NCBI RefSeq assembly: GCF_900128735.1
Contig: NZ_LT667503.1
Coordinates: forward strand, 300,001-332,000
Source: Candidatus Saccharimonadota bacterium
GTDB lineage: Bacteria > Pseudomonadota > Gammaproteobacteria > Enterobacterales > Enterobacteriaceae
Direction: 5' to 3'
Length of the DNA: 32,000 bases
Shown here in pieces: positions 20,304 to 27,348 of this stretch (its first letter is position 1; each line of letters opens with the position of its first letter). The notes under the pieces were generated by a model. It was given only the letters and a program-made list of their open reading frames with translations. It had not been told where the DNA came from and did no database searches. A program made the position numbers and the translations under genes.

Positions 20304-20377
20304 TGGCTACGACGAGATTTGAACCCGTGACCTCAGCGTTATGAGTGCTGCGCTCTAACCAACTGAGCTACGTAGCC
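20304..20377 (-). tRNA. metT: Elongator tRNA-Met (anticodon CAU)
   Basis: The reverse complement GGCTACGTAGCTCAGTTGGTTAGAGCGCAGCACTCATAACGCTGAGGTCACGGGTTCAAATCTCGTCGTAGCCA shares its acceptor, D and T arms with E. coli metT (GGCUACGUAGCUCAGUUGGUUAGAGCACAUCACUCAUAAUGAUGGGGUCACAGGUUCGAAUCCCGUCGUAGCCA). The Met-Leu-Gln order matches the E. coli metT-leuW-glnU operon. No CCA is encoded. Confidence 0.9.
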
Positions 20378-20609
20378 AATATTTTTACTGCTTATTTCGT
20401 ATAATAATATTACATAAATTTTATTAATTTACAACAAGAATTTGTAGAAATAATCAATTTTATCACAAAAATTATTCTTTTTAAGAAGAAGAATACTTTT
20501 ATAAAGTTTTTGAATTATATTTTATAGTATTCAGTAAATTATTATCATGATATAAGTAACTATTATATTATTAGAATAATCAACTAAAAAAATATGAAAG
20601 GCAACAAAT

Positions 20610-22268
20610 ATGTTTACAAAAATACCAGATGGTTTTATTAAAGAATTATTGAAACAGTCAATATCAAAATATCCAGATCGAAAAATATGTACACGATTTC
20701 CACCTGAACCTAATGGTTATTTACATATTGGACATGCTAAATCCATTGTATTAAATTTTAATATCGCAAAAGAATACGGAGGTAATTGTTATTTACGGTT
20801 AGATGATACTAATCCAATTAAGGAAAGTATAGAATTCGTACAATCTATACAGGAAGATATTAAATGGTTAGGTTTTAAATGGAATGCTAACGTCAAATAT
20901 TCATCCGATTATTTTCATATTTTATATCAATATGCTATCACATTAATTAAAAAAAACCTTGCTTATGTAGAACAATTAACTCAAGAAGAGATGAGGTTAT
21001 ATCGAGGCTCTTTAAAAAATCCTGGAAAAAATAGTCCATTTCGAAATCAAACAATAGATGAAAATTTATTTCTTTTTCAAAAAATGAAATCAGGATTAGT
21101 ACAAGAAGGATCTATGTGTTTAAGAGCAAAAATTAATATGTCTGCTGCAAATATTATTATGAGAGACCCTGTTCTTTATCGTATTATTTTTAAAAAACAC
21201 CACCAAACCAATTATGATTGGGTAATTTATCCTATGTATGATTTTACACATTGTATTGCAGATGCATTAGAAGGTATTACCCATTCTTTTTGTACCTTAG
21301 AATTTCAAGATAATAGACAATTATATAAATGGATTTTAAAAAAACTAAATTTTACCACTAATCCACCACAACAATATGAATTTTCAAAATTAAATTTAGA
21401 ACATACAGTTTTATCTAAAAGAAAATTACAAAAATTAATTAATTTAAATATTGTAAAGGGATGGAATGATCCTAGATTATATACATTATCTGGATTAAGA
21501 AATCGCGGATATACTCCTAACTCAATACGAATATTTTGTGAAAAAATTGGTATTACAAAACAACAGAACACAATTCAATTGTCGTTATTAGAATCTTGTA
21601 TCAAAAAAGATTTAGACTATACATCATTTAGACGTATGGCAATAATTAATCCAATAAAAATTATTATTACTAATTTTTCTAATAAAAAAATAAAAAAAAT
21701 TCATGTTCTAAATCATCCAAAAAATCCTGAATTAGGCAGAAGAAAAATAATTTTTTCCAATGAATTATATATTGAAAAAAATGATTTTTCTAAATATAAA
21801 GTTGATAACTTTCAGGGGTTAATTTTAGGAGAAAAAGTACGATTACGTTATTCATATATTATAAAAGCTTATCAAATTATTATAAATAAAAATAACAACA
21901 TAAAATGTATTTTATGTAAATATTATCCTAATACTTTAGGAAAAAAAAACCAAAAAGAAAAAATTAACGGAATAATTCATTGGTTATCTAAAAAGAATTC
22001 TGAGCCAGCAATTTTTAAAATATTTAATAATTTATTTTTATCTAAAAACCCGGAAAAAAATAAAGATATAATAGAAGAAATTAATTTAAAATCCTGTTTA
22101 ATAAAATATGGTTTTGTAGAAAGTATAGTTAAATCAGAAAAAATTAAACATGCATATCAATTTGAAAGAATTGGATATTTTTTTCAAGATAAAAAAGATA
22201 AAGAATTTCAAAATCAAATAATATTTAACCAAATTGTATCTTTAAAAAATAAATATAAAAAAATATAA
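20610..22268 (+). CDS. glnS: Glutamine--tRNA ligase
   Basis: The 552 aa product has TRFPPEPNGYLHIGHAKSI (the class I HIGH motif), VLSKRKL (KMSKS-type) and YPMYDFTHCI.DALEGITHS.CTLEF, as in E. coli GlnRS. Confidence 0.97.
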   Translation: MFTKIPDGFIKELLKQSISKYPDRKICTRFPPEPNGYLHIGHAKSIVLNFNIAKEYGGNCYLRLDDTNPIKESIEFVQSIQEDIKWLGFKWNANVKYSSDYFHILYQYAITLIKKNLAYVEQLTQEEMRLYRGSLKNPGKNSPFRNQTIDENLFLFQKMKSGLVQEGSMCLRAKINMSAANIIMRDPVLYRIIFKKHHQTNYDWVIYPMYDFTHCIADALEGITHSFCTLEFQDNRQLYKWILKKLNFTTNPPQQYEFSKLNLEHTVLSKRKLQKLINLNIVKGWNDPRLYTLSGLRNRGYTPNSIRIFCEKIGITKQQNTIQLSLLESCIKKDLDYTSFRRMAIINPIKIIITNFSNKKIKKIHVLNHPKNPELGRRKIIFSNELYIEKNDFSKYKVDNFQGLILGEKVRLRYSYIIKAYQIIINKNNNIKCILCKYYPNTLGKKNQKEKINGIIHWLSKKNSEPAIFKIFNNLFLSKNPEKNKDIIEEINLKSCLIKYGFVESIVKSEKIKHAYQFERIGYFFQDKKDKEFQNQIIFNQIVSLKNKYKKI

Positions 22269-22451
22269 AATTTATATGAAGAAAATTCATGCATATTGAA
22301 AAAAAAAGAAAATTTTTTAATAATTGATATTTATTTAATAATATACTAAAATTAAATTATATTATATATAATATAAATATATCATCTATCTTATTTAAAA
22401 AAATATAAATAAACTATTCCCTTAATAAAAATTAATACAATAAGGAAAATT

Positions 22452-23771
22452 ATGTCAAAAATAAAAAATGTAAAAGCTAGAGAAATATTAGACTCTAGAG
22501 GATTTCCAACTATTGAAACAGAAGTTTATTTGTATAGTGGATATACAGGGCGTGCTTCATCACCTTCTGGTGCTTCTACGGGATCCAAAGAAGCGTTAGA
22601 ATTAAGAGATAAAGATAAAAAACGCTATTTTGGGAAAGGAGTTCAAAAAGCTATTTCTTATGTTAATAATGAAATCGCTAATTTATTAATAGAAAATATA
22701 AACTCAGAAAATCAAAAGGAAATTGATGAATTAATGATTAAATTAGACGGAACAAATAATAAATCAAAATTTGGAGCCAATGCAATATTATCAGTATCAT
22801 TAGCCATAGCAAAAGCTACAGCATCTGAACAAAATATTCCATTTTATCTATATATTAAAAAGATCAATAATCAAAAAAATGAACTAACCATGCCATTACC
22901 AATGATTAACGTTATAAATGGCGGAGTACACGCTAATAATAACATAGATCTACAAGAATTTATGATTCAACCAATAGGTGCTCAAAATATTAAACAAGCC
23001 ATTCGTATGGGATCAGAAATTTTTCATATCTTAGGTAATATTTTAAAAGATAAAGGTTTTTCTACCTGTGTTGGGGATGAAGGCGGTTATGCACCTAATT
23101 TAAAATCTAACGAAGACGCTTTATCCATGATTTGTTTAGCTATCGAAAAATCAAATTACAAATTAGGAGAAGAAGTAACAATTGCACTTGATTGCGCAGC
23201 ATCAGAATTATACAATAAAAAAACAAAAAAATATCAATTATTTCATGAAAATAAAAAATTTGATTCATCAGAATTTACTGATTATTTAGAAATATTATGT
23301 AAAAAATATCCTATAACATCTATAGAAGACGGACAAGATGAAAATGATTGGGATGGATTTTTAAACCAAACAAATCGTTTAGGACAGAAAATTCAATTAG
23401 TTGGCGATGACTTGTTTGTAACAAATACTAAATTATTAAAATTAGGAATCGAAAAAAAAGTTGCTAATGCAATATTAATTAAATTAAATCAAATCGGTAC
23501 ACTTACAGAAACCTTATCTGCTATTAAAATTGCTAAAAAAAATAAATATAACACAATTATATCACACCGATCCGGTGAAACAGAAGATACTTGTATTGCT
23601 GATTTAGCTGTTGGAACCTCATCTAATCAAATTAAAACAGGATCCATGTGTAGAACTGATCGAACAGCAAAATATAATCGCTTAATTAGAATTGAAGAAT
23701 CCCTAACCAATAAAAATATTCCATTTTATAATAATCCAGCTTTATCTTTTTTTTTAAAAAGATACCAATAA
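22452..23771 (+). CDS. eno: Enolase
   Basis: [27 protein letters not shown]...[17 protein letters not shown] ... [16 protein letters not shown] are the enolase signatures. The product is 439 aa. Confidence 0.97.
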   Translation: MSKIKNVKAREILDSRGFPTIETEVYLYSGYTGRASSPSGASTGSKEALELRDKDKKRYFGKGVQKAISYVNNEIANLLIENINSENQKEIDELMIKLDGTNNKSKFGANAILSVSLAIAKATASEQNIPFYLYIKKINNQKNELTMPLPMINVINGGVHANNNIDLQEFMIQPIGAQNIKQAIRMGSEIFHILGNILKDKGFSTCVGDEGGYAPNLKSNEDALSMICLAIEKSNYKLGEEVTIALDCAASELYNKKTKKYQLFHENKKFDSSEFTDYLEILCKKYPITSIEDGQDENDWDGFLNQTNRLGQKIQLVGDDLFVTNTKLLKLGIEKKVANAILIKLNQIGTLTETLSAIKIAKKNKYNTIISHRSGETEDTCIADLAVGTSSNQIKTGSMCRTDRTAKYNRLIRIEESLTNKNIPFYNNPALSFFLKRYQ

Positions 23772-23778
23772 TAAAAAA

Positions 23779-23795
23779 GGGGTTTTATAAACCCC
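23779..23795. terminator. Short GC-containing hairpin just after eno
   Basis: GGGGTTT (23779-23785) pairs with AAACCCC (23789-23795) around a 3 nt loop, 8 nt after the eno stop. It is preceded by A6 and followed by GAAATATATT. The T-run therefore lies on the minus-strand side, so its orientation as an eno terminator is imperfect. Confidence 0.4.
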
Positions 23796-23864
23796 GAAAT
23801 ATATTAATTAAAATTTTAAATAGATACTCATAAAATTTACTAATAAAAAAGAAATCTATATATG

Positions 23865-23876
23865 AAAAAAAAAAAA
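23865..23876 (+). repeat. A12 homopolymer between the upstream ATG (23862) and the polA reading frame
   Basis: As written, ATG-A12-TAATACTTATGGATGG encodes MKKKK-stop. With one extra A it reads MKKKKIILMDGHF..., which matches E. coli ...NPLILVDGSS. Confidence 0.9.
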
Positions 23877-23884
23877 TAATACTT

Positions 23885-24793
23885 ATGGATGGTCATTTTT
23901 GTATGTACAAAATATATTTTGCATATCCTCAATTAAAAAATAAATTTGGAGAATCTACTTCTATTTTGTATGGTATTATAAAACTCATAAAATCTATAAT
24001 TATGAAATTTTTGCCAGAAACCATTATATTTATTTTTGATACATCTACTAAAACATTTCGTCATCAGTTATATAAAAAATATAAATCAAATCGATTATCC
24101 GCCCCAAAAAATTTATATTCTCAAATAAAACCATTAAAAAAAATTATTAAATATATGGGGATTCCAATTGTTTCTAGAAAGAACATAGAAGCCGATGATA
24201 TTATAGGAACTTTAAGTCAATTTTTTCAAAAAAAAAATTTTCATAGTATTATTTATAGCGCCGATAAAGATATGACTCAATTAATTAACAAAAATATTTC
24301 CATTAATCCGGGAAATATTAATAAAAAACTTTTAAAAAAAAAAGATGTTCAAAAAATATATGGAGTCAATCCCAAATCAATAGCGGATTTTTTAAGTTTA
24401 GTAGGTGATCCGTCAGATAATATTCCTGGCGTTTCTGGTATTGGAAAAAAAACAGCAATAATTTTAATAAAATATTTTCATTCCATAAAAAAAATTTATA
24501 AAAACATAAAAGAAATAAAAAAATTACCTATCCGAGGCATTACAAAAAAAATAGAATATTTAAAAATCGGTAAAAAAAATGCATTCTTATCCTATCAATT
24601 AACTAAGATTAAAAAAGATTTGAATTTCAACTATAAAAAATTAGATTTAATGTTAAAAAAACCAAACCCAAAAATGTTAATTAAAGAATTTAAATATTAT
24701 CAACTCAATCAATATCTAAAAGAAATATCTAATAACAACTTTATAATTATAAATTGGTATAAAAAAATAAATAATTCTAAAAAAAAAAGATGA
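23885..24793 (+). CDS. polA: PolA N-terminal fragment: 5'-3' exonuclease (FEN-like 5' nuclease), potentially a stand-alone protein
   Basis: The 302 aa product keeps every acidic active-site cluster of the E. coli PolA 5' nuclease: LMDGHF (LVDGSS), FIFDTST (VVFDAKG), NIEADDIIGTL (GVEADDVIGTL), SADKDMTQL (TGDKDMAQL) and GDPSDNIPGVSGIG (GDSSDNIPGVPGVG). It ends at the TGA at 24791-24793. Confidence 0.8.
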   Translation: MDGHFCMYKIYFAYPQLKNKFGESTSILYGIIKLIKSIIMKFLPETIIFIFDTSTKTFRHQLYKKYKSNRLSAPKNLYSQIKPLKKIIKYMGIPIVSRKNIEADDIIGTLSQFFQKKNFHSIIYSADKDMTQLINKNISINPGNINKKLLKKKDVQKIYGVNPKSIADFLSLVGDPSDNIPGVSGIGKKTAIILIKYFHSIKKIYKNIKEIKKLPIRGITKKIEYLKIGKKNAFLSYQLTKIKKDLNFNYKKLDLMLKKPNPKMLIKEFKYYQLNQYLKEISNNNFIIINWYKKINNSKKKR

Positions 24794-24799
24794 AAATCT

Positions 24800-25411
24800 A
24801 TGTATAAAATCATTGATAATGTAATCCAATTAAAAAAATTATGTCTCATGTTAAAAAAAAATACATTTGTAATATCATTACATTTAAAAAATAAAAAATC
24901 GGATAATATTTCAATACGCGGATTAATTTTTTCTACTAAATTTAATAAACATTGGTATTGTACAAATTCTCTTCAATCTACTAGAAATAAAAAACCTTTT
25001 TTCAATATTAAAATCATATTATGTATTTTAAAACCAATACTAGAAAATAATAAATATGTAAAAATTGGTAAAAATATGAAATTTATTTACCATATTTTAA
25101 AAAAATATAATATTACCCTTCAAGGTATTAAATTTGATTCACTTGTTATATATTATTTATTTAATCCTATTGATAAATTTTATATAGAATTAAAAAATTT
25201 AATTCAAAATTATGACGAGAAAGATGAATACTACGACATCAATAAAATTATAAATAATGCGAATTTATCTTACAAAATTTATAAAAAAAGTCAGCATTAT
25301 TTTTTAAAAGAAGATACACAGAGAATACTTTTTGAATCGATAGATATGCCTTTAGTCAGTATACTAGCTGCCATGGAAAACCATGGAATTCTTATAAAAA
25401 AAAAAGACTAA
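24800..25411 (+). pseudogene. polA: PolA middle fragment: degenerate 3'-5' exonuclease domain plus the start of the polymerase thumb
   Basis: It is in the same frame as the N-fragment, beginning 6 nt after the TGA. KIIDNVIQLKKLCLMLKKNTFVISLHLKNKKSDNIS aligns with E. coli TILDEETLKAWIAKLEKAPVFAFDTETDSLDNIS. ...IDMPLVSILAAMENHGILI aligns with E. coli NIEMPLVPVLSRIERNGVKI. It ends at the TAA at 25409-25411, just after the A10 tract. Confidence 0.75.
25396..25405 (+). repeat. A10 homopolymer at the polA frame switch
   Basis: Counted directly: cttat-AAAAAAAAAA-gactaa. The upstream frame stops at 25409. The frame that continues the PolA homology is open from 25336 and needs one extra A to be joined. 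Confidence 0.95.
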
Positions 25412-26544
25412 AAAAACAAAAAAAAAAAATAGCTAAAATAATTACTCAATTAAAAAAAAATATATACTGCATAGTTGGTAAAAAATTTAATATTAATTCT
25501 ACAGTTAAAATACAAGAAATTTTATTTAATAAATATAAATTACCTATAATTAAAAAAACAAAAAACGGAAAATTTTCTACTGATGAACAAGTATTAAAAA
25601 GACTATCTTCTTACCATATCTTACCAAAAGTTCTTTTGAAATATCGAACATTATATAAAATTAATACCACTTACATACTGAAATTACCAAAAAAAATAAA
25701 CATTCTTACTGGACGAATACATACAACTTATAATCAATATTTAACATCTACAGGACGATTATCTTCCAGTAAACCAAATTTACAAAATATACCTATAAGA
25801 ACAAAAATAGGAAAAAAAATAAGAACCGCATTCATAGCAAAAAATAAATGGATTTTATTAACAGCAGATTATTCACAAATAGAATTACGCATTTTAGCTC
25901 ATTATTCTAAAGACAAAAAATTGATCACGGAACTATTTAACAATATTGATTTACACTCTGCTACTGCATCCAATATTTTTCAAAATCAAGAAATCAATAA
26001 AATTGATAAAATACATCGAGAAATAGGAAAAAAAGTAAATTTTTCTATTATTTATGGTATTAGCGCTTTTGGTCTCTCTAGACAATTAAATGTCAGCCTC
26101 TCTACAGCTCGAGAATATATAAAAAAATATTTTAATAAATATGTTGATATAAAAAAATATATTGATCAAACTCACAAAAATACAGAAAAAAAAGAATATA
26201 TAAAAACATTATTTTCAAGAAAAATATATATTCCGAATATTAATTCAACAAATAAAATATTAAAAAACTCTGCAAAAAGATTTTGTATTAATGCTATCAT
26301 ACAAAGCACTGCTTCTGATATAATAAAAAAATCTATGATTAATATTGATTTATTTCTAAAAAATAAAAAAATAGACGCAAAATTAATTATGCAAATACAT
26401 GACGAATTAATCTTTGAAATTCAAGAAGAAAAAAAAAATTCAATCAGTCATAAAATTAAATATTTAATGGAAAACTGTGTTAAATTAAGAGTTCCACTCA
26501 AAGTATCAATTAAAACAGGAAAAAATTGGGGTAATATTATATAA
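25396..26544 (+). pseudogene. polA: PolA C-terminal part: polymerase domain (thumb, palm, fingers) with intact catalytic motifs but no ATG/GTG/TTG start for its first 240 nt
   Basis: Hand translation from about 25396 in the frame of the 25636 ORF gives KKKRLKKQKKKIAKIITQLKKNIYCIVGKKFNINSTVKIQEILFNKYKLPIIKKTKNGKFSTDEQVLKRLSSYHILPKVLLKYRTLYKINTTY. This matches E. coli ...[68 protein letters not shown]. Downstream motifs are retained: TSTGRLSSSKPNLQNIP, motif A LTADYSQIELRILAH, motif B HREIGKKVNFSIIYG and motif C MQIHDELIFE. Confidence 0.8.
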
Positions 26545-26553
26545 AATTAATTA

Positions 26554-27162
26554 TTAATTTTTATAAAAATTCCACCATAAAGATAATTTTTTTTGTAAAG
26601 TTGAAACTCCTATTTTTTTAATAGATGAAAAAATAATGATATCCGCCTTGATTTTTAATTTTTTTAATTCTTTATATACATAACGATATTGTAAAATATT
26701 AAATCGTCTAGAACTTTTATCAGACTTAGTTAATAATAGTATTATAGGTAAAAAACGTTGATTAATAAGATTTAAAATATATAAATCAAGATTTTTCAAA
26801 GGAAAACGAATATCAGAAAGTAAAATAATTCCTTTCAAACACGGTCTATGTTGAAGAAATTTCATAATATTCTTATTTATTATATATTTATATTGATTGC
26901 TTATCTTGGAGTATCCATAACCGGGAAGATCAATAATTCTAAAATCCGGGACAATTTCAAAAAAATTTATTAATCTTGTTCGACCAGGCGACTTACTAAT
27001 ATGCGCTAATTTTTTTTGATTGGTTAATACATTAATAACACTAGATTTTCCAACATTAGAATATCCTAACAATGCCACCTCCATTTTAACACACGTTAAC
27101 CAATCATGAGGATCAAGACCACTTTTTAAAAAAGTAGTTTTACTAAATATTAATTTTTTCAA
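26554..27162 (-). CDS. engB: Ribosome biogenesis GTP-binding protein EngB (YihA/YsxC)
   Basis: [43 protein letters not shown] matches E. coli EngB ([43 protein letters not shown]), and the DLPGYGY and TKSDK motifs are present. Its stop lies only 9 nt from the polA stop. Confidence 0.93.
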   Translation of the reverse strand: [202 protein letters not shown]

Positions 27163-27348
27163 AATTTTTACACCTATTATTATTTTAACAAAATATTAAA
27201 AAAAAATGATATTTTTTAACAAATATTTTATAATATTTAAAAAGATAAAACTATAAAAAATTTAAAAAATATTTTTTCTATAAAAAATTATAAAATTTTT
27301 AAAAAATTTATAAAAAATACTATTACTTATACTATATTCGGGAGTAAT

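Larger units (their letters stand above)
23862..26544 (+). pseudogene. polA: DNA polymerase I gene, full length (about 890 codons) but interrupted three times: A12 frameshift after the ATG, an in-frame TGA, and an A10 frameshift
   Basis: Three track ORFs plus a start-less open stretch align colinearly with E. coli PolA residues about 7-928. These cover the 5' nuclease (23885-24793), the 3'-5' exonuclease-like domain (24800-25411) and the thumb/palm/fingers (frame-1 open region 25336-26544). The individual disruptions are described in the findings. Confidence 0.85.

Noticed and set aside
21305-21571. An 88 aa antisense ORF inside glnS.
   Set aside because: It is antisense to a well-conserved stretch of GlnRS, and I saw no Shine-Dalgarno or homology. 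It is a chance ORF.
24791-24793. The in-frame TGA in polA might be read as Trp (UGA recoding, as in some tiny symbiont genomes and mycoplasmas).
   Set aside because: prfB (RF2, which reads UGA) is present, and its own autoregulatory site uses CTT TGA. TGA also terminates ibaG (2029-2031) and typA (29167-29169) at the positions expected from homologues. The E. coli residue region here is a non-conserved linker, not a Trp.
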